64,000 nucleotides of DNA from a virus. Taxonomy: Duplodnaviria; Caudoviricetes. Positions 48,890 to 57,870 of the stretch are shown here, one piece after another (the stretch's first letter is position 1; every line of letters begins with the position of its first letter). The stretch lies in the IMG/VR virus record IMGVR_UViG_3300026116_000035; one strand, given 5' to 3'. The position numbers and the translations under genes were made by a program. The notes under the pieces were generated by a model. The model saw only the letters and a list, made by a program, of their open reading frames with translations, was not told the origin of the DNA and ran no database searches.

Positions 48890-49222
48890 ATGCAAAGAAT
48901 AATAAATAATAAAAGAATAGATTTAACTGATGAGGAGTATAAAATATATGAAGAACTTTGTGCGTCATATAATCGTGACAATTTCAATGGTAAAGATCTT
49001 TTTAACGACTTATTTGAAACAGACGATGAAGGAATAATTATTTTTTTAAGACCGCCTAAAACCACATTTAGTATGGAAATTATCATATATTTAAATAATA
49101 TTATGACTCATCAGCATTTAAGAAAGATCGCCTCAGAACATAATTTGGCAATGAAGGAATTTAAACAATTAAAATCTGAAATAACCGAATTATTAACTGA
49201 ATTAAAGAAAAATTCGAGCTGA
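48890..49222 (+). CDS. hypothetical protein
   Basis: 110-aa ORF. Confidence 0.75.
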   Translation: MQRIINNKRIDLTDEEYKIYEELCASYNRDNFNGKDLFNDLFETDDEGIIIFLRPPKTTFSMEIIIYLNNIMTHQHLRKIASEHNLAMKEFKQLKSEITELLTELKKNSS

Positions 49223-49246
49223 AAGAATACTTAAAATAAAATATAT

Positions 49247-49795
49247 ATGTCAAAAGAAGATTGGGAAGTAAAACCTTTCCCCACAAAACAAAATTTATCA
49301 GAATCAAGTAAACCCACAGATGTTATTCTTCCTCCTAAGAGAAATTCTCAGATTGAAAAGACAGATGAGGGTTTTCTATCAAATGCAGAACGCGTTGAAT
49401 ATTTAATCAATAAAATATCAAAAGAATTAAAAATAGCTCATAGTCAGAAATATGATGCCACACAAGCTGAATTAACTGCAGCTCTAGTTCTAGATGCTCA
49501 AAAAGAATTATCAGAGTTTTTATCCGATGCTGAATTAATTAGCAAAGAAAAAAAAGCTGAAGTTGAACGAGTAGAAGCTGAACGATATTATTTTTATAAA
49601 GAAAATTCTGAATCTAAAACTTCAGATGTAGCTTTAACGAGATTAGTATCTAAGGATGAATTAGTATTAACTGCAAAGAAAGAGCAATATAGTGCTGAAT
49701 CTGATTTTTCCAAGTATAAGAATTTATTTGGGATGTTAAAAGATGCTCATGTATTTTTTAGAGGATTAGCGAAGGGGAAGAACGATTGGACGTAA
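49247..49795 (+). CDS. hypothetical helical protein, possibly a UvsY-like recombination mediator
   Basis: All-helical; directly upstream of the RecA/UvsX gene; weak resemblance only. Confidence 0.45.
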   Translation: MSKEDWEVKPFPTKQNLSESSKPTDVILPPKRNSQIEKTDEGFLSNAERVEYLINKISKELKIAHSQKYDATQAELTAALVLDAQKELSEFLSDAELISKEKKAEVERVEAERYYFYKENSESKTSDVALTRLVSKDELVLTAKKEQYSAESDFSKYKNLFGMLKDAHVFFRGLAKGKNDWT

Positions 49796-49845
49796 TTTTG
49801 ATAAAAAAGAATAATTAAAAAATATTAAATAAATTAAGGAAATAA

Positions 49846-50844
49846 ATGGTAAAAAATACCGAAAAAACAGAAAAAAAAGTAATAAAATTAGATTTAAATA
49901 AATTGGTTGAATCAGTTCGCGCAACATACGGAAAAAATGAACAAAATTTAGCTAAACAAATTTCAACAGGTTCATCAATTTCTCGTCCTACCGGTGAAGA
50001 TGCCTTTGTATGTTGGAAAAATTCCCCTTGGGCCGAGTTAACAGGTATTCCAGGTTTACCATTTGGAAGAATTATTCAAATTGCAGGCCGTCCAGATTCA
50101 GGGAAATCCACCCACGCTATGCAGTTTATGAAAGCTGCACAAGAACAAAATGTATTAGTTATTTTATGGGATACAGAAGGTAAATTCTCTGCCCGTAGAT
50201 TTGATAAGAATTTCGGTGGAGATTCGTCACAATTAATTACTATTTCGTCTAAAATGATTCTTGAAGGTGCCTCAGAGATTGAAAAAGTTATTACTGCGGC
50301 TAAAGAACAAGATTCAGATTGTAGAATTTTAATTGTCTGGGATTCGATCGGAGGCAGTCTTGCTAAGAATGAGGGTGACGATCACGATTTACTTGATGGA
50401 AAACAAATGGCCGCCGCTGCTAAAGAAAATGGAGCTGTAATGCGTGCGTTTGTTCGATTAATGGAAAAATATAAAAATCGTGAAACTAACGAAGAGACTA
50501 TTACGATCCTTTTAATAAATCAATTATATTCTAATATAGGTTCTGTAGGATCTACAAATGCTGGCGGCCAAAAAGTAGAATATTTTTCTTCATTAATTCT
50601 TCAATTATCTAGAAAGTCTGATTTAACTAAAGTTAAAGACGGAATTAAACGTAAAATCGGAATTGTTACACGGGCTAAAGTTAAGAAAAATCATTTATTT
50701 GACGGTGATGATTCAATTGCTGAGCTTGATTTAGTTATTACAGCTGGTGGCATCGATCTCCTTTCAAAGCAAAAGACCAAAAAAGATAAATCTGAAGATG
50801 GTTGGGATGACAGCGATAATGGCGAAGTGGAACTAGCTGATTAA
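49846..50844 (+). CDS. recA: RecA/UvsX-like recombinase
   Basis: GLPFGRIIQIAGRPDSGKST, WDTEGK, IVWDSIG, LLINQ, GGQKVEYFSSLILQL. Confidence 0.92.
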   Translation: MVKNTEKTEKKVIKLDLNKLVESVRATYGKNEQNLAKQISTGSSISRPTGEDAFVCWKNSPWAELTGIPGLPFGRIIQIAGRPDSGKSTHAMQFMKAAQEQNVLVILWDTEGKFSARRFDKNFGGDSSQLITISSKMILEGASEIEKVITAAKEQDSDCRILIVWDSIGGSLAKNEGDDHDLLDGKQMAAAAKENGAVMRAFVRLMEKYKNRETNEETITILLINQLYSNIGSVGSTNAGGQKVEYFSSLILQLSRKSDLTKVKDGIKRKIGIVTRAKVKKNHLFDGDDSIAELDLVITAGGIDLLSKQKTKKDKSEDGWDDSDNGEVELAD

Positions 50845-50904
50845 AAATAAACCTGAAGTTCTTGTCGAGAATTTCAAATTTTTTAAATATAAAAGAAAGA
50901 CAAA

Positions 50905-51306
50905 ATGGTTAAGGAATTAAAAAGCGGTACATCAGATTTTGTTACCGGAGATCCAATTTTAGCTTCTGCAGATTCGGACGCAATTGCAAGAATTCGCGAG
51001 AATTCTATCAATAAACCGGTATATATTATAAGAGTTCAAGGCCTGTATGGAAATGAAAGGGAGTTTCATTCTTCTAAAAATTTAGTTGAAACACCAAATT
51101 ATGTTCAATTTACAGGAATTGAAATCTTAGTAGAAACCAAGAAAACGCAAAAAACAGATAGAAATTCACAAGTATTAAAAAAAACAAGTAAAGATTTAAA
51201 ACCTTTACCTGAAGCCAATAAGGGAAATGTCGTAGATATAAAAATTCCCTGGCACAGAATAATTGAAATACAGAATGTAAGCTATCAGAATAAAAACGCA
51301 AAATAA
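50905..51306 (+). CDS. hypothetical protein
   Basis: 133-aa ORF. Confidence 0.75.
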   Translation: MVKELKSGTSDFVTGDPILASADSDAIARIRENSINKPVYIIRVQGLYGNEREFHSSKNLVETPNYVQFTGIEILVETKKTQKTDRNSQVLKKTSKDLKPLPEANKGNVVDIKIPWHRIIEIQNVSYQNKNAK

Positions 51307-51315
51307 GGAAAATAA

Positions 51316-52032
51316 ATGAGTGAAAAAAATCAATTCGGTGCAACTAGTTGGGATATAGACACAGGTTCTTCGTTCAAGAAAGGTCCGTCAGCAAAAGACC
51401 TTTATTTACGTCTAGAACAGGGTAGTAACGTTATTAGAATTATTACCAAGCCGCATGAGTATTTGGTCCATCAGGGTTTTAAGCCTGATCCTCAAGCTCC
51501 AGGTTATGGCAAAAAAGTAATGTCATCAAAGTTTTATGGTGAAGATTGTTTAGAGAAGCCGCCGTGGAATTTAAAGGCTAAGCGTCGTTGGCTTGTTGGT
51601 GTTATTGATCGTAAGACTCAATCATATAAGCTTCTAGACATTTCGAAGTCAGTATTTGATGGTATTCGTGAATTAGTTCGAGACTCTGATTATGGTCCGA
51701 CTGAGGGTTATGATATCGATATTAAGGTCGATAAGCAAGGCGGAGCTACTGGATATTACAAAGTAGTGCCGAAGCCTGCTAAGCCGCTCTCTCCTGCTGA
51801 TTTAGAGATTAAGCAGAATGTAGATTTGGAAGATCTTAAACGGAGGTGCTCGCCACCCACTATTGCAAGTATGGAAGAGCGTGTTAAAGCTATTATTGCT
51901 GAAGCTGGAATTAAAACTCCCGCGAATGGAGCAGCAGTAACAATGTCAAATTCGGCTTCTTCGTCAGTTTCTGAAAATCATGATTCAGATAATAGTGGAG
52001 ATGATGATTTTGACTTTCCACCGGTTAACTAA
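51316..52032 (+). CDS. gp32-like single-stranded DNA-binding protein
   Basis: LRLEQGSNVIRII, GVIDR...KLLDISKSVF, GYDIDI; acidic tail DDDFDFPPVN; next to recA. Confidence 0.75.
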   Translation: MSEKNQFGATSWDIDTGSSFKKGPSAKDLYLRLEQGSNVIRIITKPHEYLVHQGFKPDPQAPGYGKKVMSSKFYGEDCLEKPPWNLKAKRRWLVGVIDRKTQSYKLLDISKSVFDGIRELVRDSDYGPTEGYDIDIKVDKQGGATGYYKVVPKPAKPLSPADLEIKQNVDLEDLKRRCSPPTIASMEERVKAIIAEAGIKTPANGAAVTMSNSASSSVSENHDSDNSGDDDFDFPPVN

Positions 52033-52063
52033 TCTTAATAAAATATAATTTAAAATAGTTCTT

Positions 52064-52094
52064 AAGGCAGTTAATTAATTTTAACTGCCTTTTT
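52064..52094 (+). terminator. intrinsic terminator
   Basis: aaggcagttaa-ttaatt-ttaactgcctt plus T run. Confidence 0.85.
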
Positions 52095-52108
52095 GTTATG
52101 ATAGCTGT

Positions 52109-52375
52109 CTATTTTTTGGATATTTGTTGATTTTGATAATATGTTTTATGTAAATTTTTGTTTTTATCATTATAAATAATAGCATTTTTTTGAAATTTAT
52201 TTATTTCATTTTTATAAAAAAGTTTATAAATAAAATTTACTATATAATCCGTAATTTTTAATTTAAATTGTTTTATTTTATATTTTATTGTAAGTAACTT
52301 TATTTTAATTTTTAAATTCGTTAGCCAAAAATTGTATTGTATTTTATTAATAATATTCAAAATTTTCATTTTCAT
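52109..52375 (-). CDS. possible small K/I/N-rich protein
   Basis: Fills the gap between SSB and ruvC on the opposite strand; low complexity, may be spurious. Confidence 0.35.
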   Translation of the reverse strand: MKMKILNIINKIQYNFWLTNLKIKIKLLTIKYKIKQFKLKITDYIVNFIYKLFYKNEINKFQKNAIIYNDKNKNLHKTYYQNQQISKK

Positions 52376-52480
52376 TGATTAAATAAATCTAATTCATTTG
52401 TTTTTTAATTTCGGTACTTATTTAATTATATATCATCATTTTAAAAGTATAAATGTTATGCATACGGATATATAATTTAT

Positions 52481-53119
52481 ATGTCAAAAATTATAATGGG
52501 TATAGATTGTTCTACGACTACTATAGGTGTATCGGTTATTGAGGAGACTGATGATGGTTATTTATTATTTAAACACGTAGAGCATTATAATCCTATAAAA
52601 AAGAATACTCATCCTTTAGATACTTTAAAATGGGTGAAAGAGTATATTTTATCTAAACTTGAAGAATTTTCGCCTGATGAAGTGGGTATAGAAGAATTCA
52701 TTAAATTTATGAAAGGTAATTCTTCGGCAGATTCTACAATTTCTTTGGCTATTATAAATAGATTAGTGTGTATGACTATTTATGAATATTTTGATAAAAA
52801 GCCTTGGATTTTAAATGTAAATACTATTAGAGCATTAATAAAACCAAAAAATTATGAATTTCCAAGAGTTTCAAAAGAACAAATTCTTCCTTTAGTTTGT
52901 AAAATATTAAATATAGAATGGAAATGGTTAAAGAACAAAAAAGGCAAAATTGAAGATTTCAATTTTGACCGCAGTGATTCTATTGCAGTATCTATAGCTT
53001 TATCATATGGTTTACGCTCTGGTAAAATTAAATCAACGAATGGTATGAAAATTAAAAAATCTAAGAAAAAAGCAATTAAAAAAGATAAACCACAAAATCG
53101 AGCGAAGAAGATGGTATAG
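52481..53119 (+). CDS. ruvC: RuvC-like Holliday junction resolvase
   Basis: IMGIDCSTTTIG, VGIEE, DRSDSIAVS. Confidence 0.85.
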   Translation: MSKIIMGIDCSTTTIGVSVIEETDDGYLLFKHVEHYNPIKKNTHPLDTLKWVKEYILSKLEEFSPDEVGIEEFIKFMKGNSSADSTISLAIINRLVCMTIYEYFDKKPWILNVNTIRALIKPKNYEFPRVSKEQILPLVCKILNIEWKWLKNKKGKIEDFNFDRSDSIAVSIALSYGLRSGKIKSTNGMKIKKSKKKAIKKDKPQNRAKKMV

Positions 53120-53157
53120 CTTCAATATGTGAAAATCTAAAATTAAGAGATATTTAA

Positions 53158-54090
53158 ATGAATTCACAAGAAGCTTATAAAATATTAGAATTGCAACCTT
53201 CAGCTACTCCGGAAGAAATCCAAGCTGCATTTAGAAAATTAGCTAAAAAATATCATCCAGATTTAAATAAAGATAATCCTGATGCAGAAAGTAAATTTAA
53301 AGAAATTAATTCAGCTTATCAATTATTAACAAATCCTTCTCCTAGACAACAGGATTTTAATAATTCTGTTAATATAAATTTTCAGGATCTTTTTAATCAA
53401 GCATTTGGTGGTAATCCTTTTGGCGGCGGATTCGGTGGTTTTGGTTCTAATCCTGCCCCCATTGCACCTAATAATACTACAATTTCTTTTGCTGAATCTG
53501 TTTTAGGTGTAGAAAAAGAATTAGAAATTACACAAAATCAAACTTGTGGTGTTTGTCATGGAAATGGTTCTACTTCTGATGTAAATAATTGTAATTTTTG
53601 TCAGGGTAAAGGGGCAAAACAAGCTTCATTTTCGCGTGGAGCTATGAGTTTTATTGAACAGTGCCAAAAATGTAAGGGAACTGGCAAAATTCAAAATCCG
53701 TGTAAACCTTGTGAGGAAAAAGGATTTACATCGATTAAAATGAACAAAAAAATTAAAATTCCTGGTGGTGTATTAAATAATAATGTATTAAAAATTCCTG
53801 GTGGATTTATTAAAATAAATGTAGAAGCTGATTCTGATATGAGATTGGAAGATGGTAATGTAGTTTCCGATATAAATATTTCTCTTTTAGAAGCTTTAAA
53901 GGGAACGTTAAAACCTGTAAAAACGGTAAAAGGGGAAATGAATTTAAAAATACCCGCAAATATTAAAAATGGAAATTCTGTACAGGTACATGGGTATGGA
54001 GTTGAGGGACATGGTAGTCATATTTTTAATATAAGTGTAAATTACCCACAGGATACTCAAAAATTAATTGAGTTGCTTGAGAGTGAGTAA
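53158..54090 (+). CDS. dnaJ: DnaJ (Hsp40) co-chaperone
   Basis: J domain with HPD, G/F-rich linker, CxxCxGxG repeats, C-terminal domain. Confidence 0.93.
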   Translation: MNSQEAYKILELQPSATPEEIQAAFRKLAKKYHPDLNKDNPDAESKFKEINSAYQLLTNPSPRQQDFNNSVNINFQDLFNQAFGGNPFGGGFGGFGSNPAPIAPNNTTISFAESVLGVEKELEITQNQTCGVCHGNGSTSDVNNCNFCQGKGAKQASFSRGAMSFIEQCQKCKGTGKIQNPCKPCEEKGFTSIKMNKKIKIPGGVLNNNVLKIPGGFIKINVEADSDMRLEDGNVVSDINISLLEALKGTLKPVKTVKGEMNLKIPANIKNGNSVQVHGYGVEGHGSHIFNISVNYPQDTQKLIELLESE

Positions 54091-54334
54091 ATTGGATTCT
54101 GTAATAAATGAAATTATTGAATACTTAAATCATAGATTTGAATTAATTATAATAAGTAACTATGGTAAAACTTATACCTGTAATAGGTGTAATTGTAAAG
54201 TTGATAAGTTTATAGATACTCCATATTATAAATCGAATAAAAATCAATATTGGCTTCATGATATTTATGGCAAACCGTATAAAATATTAAATTTAACTTG
54301 CGATGAAATGATAATTAAAAATATAGTGGAATAA
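54068..54334 (+). CDS. array D member 1
   Basis: YLNH, CNRC, LTCDEMIIKNIVE; start uncertain. Confidence 0.8.
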   Translation: MSCLRVSKLDSVINEIIEYLNHRFELIIISNYGKTYTCNRCNCKVDKFIDTPYYKSNKNQYWLHDIYGKPYKILNLTCDEMIIKNIVE

Positions 54335-54336
54335 AT

Positions 54337-54573
54337 ATGTTATCAAATTTTGAATATTTAGGACATAATTTTTCACCTTTAACTAAAACCACTTGTTACG
54401 TTACTTATTTTTGTTTAAAGTGTAATTGTAAAATTAGTAAATGTGAAATTGGAATACCGTATAGTAATGTAAAAGAGGATAAATATTGGGTTTGTTTTAA
54501 TCAATTGTATGTATTCCATAACTCATTAAATTTAACTTGTGATGAAATAATAATTAAAAATATAATAGAATAA
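54337..54573 (+). CDS. array D member 2
   Basis: YLGH, CLKC, LTCDEIIIKNIIE. Confidence 0.8.
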   Translation: MLSNFEYLGHNFSPLTKTTCYVTYFCLKCNCKISKCEIGIPYSNVKEDKYWVCFNQLYVFHNSLNLTCDEIIIKNIIE

Positions 54574-54779
54574 TGAATAAAATTATTTTAGGCCATGAAT
54601 TACAATTATTACATAAAACTTATGGTCTATATACTTATATATGTGTTAAATGTAATTCTCATATTCAATCTTTTTTGCGTAGTAATAGTAAACACGAGTA
54701 TTATATTTATGGAATAAATTATTTTAGAGATTTAGATTTAACTTGTGATGAAGTAATAATTAAAAATATAATAGAATGA
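54573..54779 (+). CDS. array D member 3
   Basis: ILGH, CVKC, LTCDEVIIKNIIE. Confidence 0.8.
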   Translation: MNKIILGHELQLLHKTYGLYTYICVKCNSHIQSFLRSNSKHEYYIYGINYFRDLDLTCDEVIIKNIIE

Positions 54780-55009
54780 ATATAAACACAGACCACGAAT
54801 ATTTAGGTCACATTTGTAAAATCATAAATAAACGTACTTATTATACTGTATTTTTATGTTTGAGGTGTGGTTATAAGTTTACGCTCTATCCAAAAAATAC
54901 TGTATATAATTATAGAATGGAAGATGAATATTTAATTTATTTAGATGGAACATATGGGCCACTGAAGTTAACTTGTGATGAAATGATAATTAAGAATATA
55001 TTAGAATAA
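54776..55009 (+). CDS. array D member 4
   Basis: YLGH, CLRC, LTCDEMIIKNILE. Confidence 0.8.
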   Translation: MNINTDHEYLGHICKIINKRTYYTVFLCLRCGYKFTLYPKNTVYNYRMEDEYLIYLDGTYGPLKLTCDEMIIKNILE

Positions 55010-55236
55010 TGAAACCAAATATTGAATATTTAGGTCATAGATTTATTTTTAAAAATTCTTTAGCAGAATATGATAGATATAGCTGTGAAATATGTGATTC
55101 AATATATATTATACATACTGAATTATATTTAATGTGTCATAAAACCGCCACGAGGTATAAAATTTATGATATTCATTTGGATAAAATAAATAAATTAACG
55201 TGTGATGAAGTTCTTATTAAAAATATAATAGAATAA
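55009..55236 (+). CDS. array D member 5
   Basis: YLGH, CEIC, LTCDEVLIKNIIE. Confidence 0.8.
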   Translation: MKPNIEYLGHRFIFKNSLAEYDRYSCEICDSIYIIHTELYLMCHKTATRYKIYDIHLDKINKLTCDEVLIKNIIE

Positions 55237-55475
55237 TGCTTAATTATTTAAATCATAATTTTAGTTCATATTATCAATCATATGTTAAAATTTTTAAATT
55301 TACTAATAAAGATAAAAATTATATAATTTCATTTTATTATTGTGATAAATGTCATATTAGATGTTTTAACAGAGAAAATGACAGTAGTTGGTATTATTGG
55401 GATGATAGTAAAACATCTTATCAATTGTTAAAATTAACATGTGATGAAATGATTATTAGTAATATTACAGGATAG
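55236..55475 (+). CDS. array D member 6
   Basis: YLNH, CDKC, LTCDEMIISNITG. Confidence 0.8.
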   Translation: MLNYLNHNFSSYYQSYVKIFKFTNKDKNYIISFYYCDKCHIRCFNRENDSSWYYWDDSKTSYQLLKLTCDEMIISNITG

Positions 55476-55480
55476 TTACG

Positions 55481-55707
55481 TTTGATGAAAATTACTTAAA
55501 TCATAATTTTATATTAATTGAAAAAAAATCCTGAATTTTTTAAAAATATAAAATATAAAATATTCTAGTTATCATTGTGAAAAATGTAATATTGTAGTAG
55601 ATAGTCATAATACACATCCTGCTATTCCATATTCAGTTATTGATGATTTATATGTTAAATTAATTTTTACTTGCGAAGAAATAATAATTAAAAATATAGT
55701 AGAATGA
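55481..55707 (+). pseudogene. array D member 7 (frameshifted)
   Basis: ENYLNHNF in one frame; YHCEKC...FTCEEIIIKNIVE in another. Confidence 0.75.
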
Positions 55708-55931
55708 TGCCATTAGTAGATATCGAACATTTGGGGCATAAATTTAAATTAATTTATGAAGATTGGATTTGTTATTCTTATTTATGCGAAAAATGTAATT
55801 GTGTAGTAGATCTTTATATAAATAATCATGCTAAATATGATAATTTGCTTTTAATGTATGATAATGATAAATATTATGAAAAGTTAAATTTAACTTGTGA
55901 TGAAATAATTATTAAAAACATAATAGAATGA
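55704..55931 (+). CDS. array D member 8
   Basis: HLGH, CEKC, LTCDEIIIKNIIE. Confidence 0.8.
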   Translation: MMPLVDIEHLGHKFKLIYEDWICYSYLCEKCNCVVDLYINNHAKYDNLLLMYDNDKYYEKLNLTCDEIIIKNIIE

Positions 55932-56158
55932 TAAATTTAGCTGAAATTAAATATTTAGAACATAAATTTGAATGTATATCAACAAATATAAATTATACTT
56001 ATTTATGTAAAAAATGTAATTGCGTTGCTTATCTTAATATAAATGATAAAATTCCTTATGAAAAAATAGTTTTGAAAGTTATTGATACGAGTAATAAAAA
56101 ATTAATTAATTTAAATTTAACTTGCGATGAATGGATTATTAAAAATATCATAGAATGA
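55928..56158 (+). CDS. array D member 9
   Basis: YLEH, CKKC, LTCDEWIIKNIIE. Confidence 0.8.
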   Translation: MINLAEIKYLEHKFECISTNINYTYLCKKCNCVAYLNINDKIPYEKIVLKVIDTSNKKLINLNLTCDEWIIKNIIE

Positions 56159-56358
56159 AGTATTTAACCCACGAATTAAGTCCATGTAGTATATATGGAC
56201 TTGAGCAATTTGGTTATAAATGCAATATTTGTAATGTAATATTATATTTTTCAATACAAGGAAATTATTATTTAATTAGAAATGATATAAATTATATTGA
56301 AAGTGATGTATTTTTGTTTACTTGTAATGAATGGATTATTAAAAAAATAATTGATTAA
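56155..56358 (+). CDS. array D member 10
   Basis: YLTH, CNIC, FTCNEWIIKKIID. Confidence 0.8.
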   Translation: MKYLTHELSPCSIYGLEQFGYKCNICNVILYFSIQGNYYLIRNDINYIESDVFLFTCNEWIIKKIID

Positions 56359-56568
56359 ATGAAAAAATATTTAACTCATACATTAAACCCAACTAAAATT
56401 TATGGTCCATATAATGACCATGATTATAAATGTAATATTTGTGGAGTGTATTTACTTGAAGATTACTTTGGTAAATTTTTATTAATTACAAATAATGGAA
56501 ATGATGTTGAAGATGATAAATTTTCACTTACTTGCGATGAATGGATTATTAGAAATATAATAGAATGA
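56359..56568 (+). CDS. array D member 11
   Basis: YLTH, CNIC, LTCDEWIIRNIIE. Confidence 0.8.
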   Translation: MKKYLTHTLNPTKIYGPYNDHDYKCNICGVYLLEDYFGKFLLITNNGNDVEDDKFSLTCDEWIIRNIIE

Positions 56569-56771
56569 AATACCTAACGCATAAATTAAGTCAATGTCAC
56601 ATATATGGCACTAATAACACTTCTGATTATAAATGTGATGTTTGTGGCGTAATATTATATTTAAATTCAATGGGTAATTATAAATTAATTACAAATAATG
56701 GAAATAATGTTAAATCTAATATATTTTTGCTAACTTGTGACGAATGGATTATTAGAAAAATAATAGAATGA
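56565..56771 (+). CDS. array D member 12
   Basis: YLTH, CDVC, LTCDEWIIRKIIE. Confidence 0.8.
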   Translation: MKYLTHKLSQCHIYGTNNTSDYKCDVCGVILYLNSMGNYKLITNNGNNVKSNIFLLTCDEWIIRKIIE

Positions 56772-56971
56772 AATACTTAACTCATCAATTAAGCTAATGT
56801 AAAATTTATGGTACAGATAATATCTATGATTATAAATGTGATATCTGTGGAGTATATTTGCTCAAGAATCATTCAGAATTTTATTTAATTACTGATAATG
56901 GAAACAATGTAAAATTAACTGAATTTGTATTAACTTGCGATGAAGTTATTATCAAAAAGATTATAGAATGA
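56768..56971 (+). pseudogene. array D member 13 (nonsense mutation)
   Basis: MKYLTHQLS then TAA at 56795 where the next paralogue has CAA; rest is open to LTCDEVIIKKIIE. Confidence 0.85.
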
Positions 56972-57174
56972 AATATTTAACTCATCAATTAAGCCAATGT
57001 AAAATTTATGGCTTTAATAAAAATTATGATTTTAAATGTGATATTTGTGATATAATGTTGTATCAGGATATGAATGGGAATTATTATTTAATTACGAAAA
57101 ATGGAACTAAAGTTGAAAATACTATATCATTTGTTACCTGTGACGAATGGATTATTAGAAAAATAATTGATTAA
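56968..57174 (+). CDS. array D member 14
   Basis: YLTH, CDIC, VTCDEWIIRKIID. Confidence 0.8.
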   Translation: MKYLTHQLSQCKIYGFNKNYDFKCDICDIMLYQDMNGNYYLITKNGTKVENTISFVTCDEWIIRKIID

Positions 57175-57402
57175 ATGGATAATATAGACATTCCAGTTAA
57201 ATCTAAATTTAATTATTTGACTCATAAATTTGTTTTAGAAATCAAAGGTAATGCATATTGTATGTATATTTGTGAGAAATGTAATTGTAAAGTATATTCT
57301 ATGTATAATAGTAATGAAATATATGATTATTCAGCATTATATCCAGGTATTAAATTTACTCTTACCTGCGATGAATATATGATCAAATCAATAATAGAAT
57401 AA
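57175..57402 (+). CDS. array D member 15
   Basis: YLTH, CEKC, LTCDEYMIKSIIE. Confidence 0.8.
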   Translation: MDNIDIPVKSKFNYLTHKFVLEIKGNAYCMYICEKCNCKVYSMYNSNEIYDYSALYPGIKFTLTCDEYMIKSIIE

Positions 57403-57403
57403 T

Positions 57404-57634
57404 ATGAAAGATTTAAAATATAAGAAATTTGTTCGTTTAGGACATAAATTTTTATGGTCTCAAGTAACATTTTTCTTAGAAACTCGGGAAGATATTTATA
57501 TTTGTGAAAAATGTAATTATAAAATTCTGATATTTGATAATAATTTAGATTATTTATCTGATTTAAACTCATTTGATTTTAGTCAATTAAAATTATATTG
57601 CAATGAATATATAATTAAATCAATTATAGAATAA
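57404..57634 (+). CDS. array D member 16
   Basis: RLGH, CEKC, LYCNEYIIKSIIE. Confidence 0.8.
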   Translation: MKDLKYKKFVRLGHKFLWSQVTFFLETREDIYICEKCNYKILIFDNNLDYLSDLNSFDFSQLKLYCNEYIIKSIIE

Positions 57635-57636
57635 AT

Positions 57637-57861
57637 ATGTCAGTTACAAATCAAAAATCATTTAAATATCTAGATCATTATTTTATTTACTTTGATACAT
57701 GTGATAATTTTTATGATATTTATATTTGTGAAAAATGTAATTGCAAAGTGGATATATCTGGTAATGATTGTAATCGATTATATTATTCAGAAGAAAAGTT
57801 TAAATTGATTTTATTTACATTAACCTGCACTGAATATATTATCAAATCCATAATAGATTAA
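57637..57861 (+). CDS. array D member 17
   Basis: YLDH, CEKC, LTCTEYIIKSIID. Confidence 0.8.
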   Translation: MSVTNQKSFKYLDHYFIYFDTCDNFYDIYICEKCNCKVDISGNDCNRLYYSEEKFKLILFTLTCTEYIIKSIID

Positions 57862-57870
57862 GGAAATTAA

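Larger units (their letters stand above)
54068..57861 (+). repeat. tandem array D: 17 paralogous small H/CxxC/C genes (15 intact, 2 broken)
   Basis: Each has YL-x-H...CxxC...LTCDE-x-IIKNIIE; conserved ~40-nt 3' end like ttaacttgtgatgaa...attaaaaatataatagaatga. Confidence 0.92.

Noticed and set aside
43351-50844. Inteins or introns in dnaE and recA (common in large phages)
   Set aside because: Lengths (1212 and 332 aa) are ordinary, and no intein splice motifs or LAGLIDADG blocks were seen.
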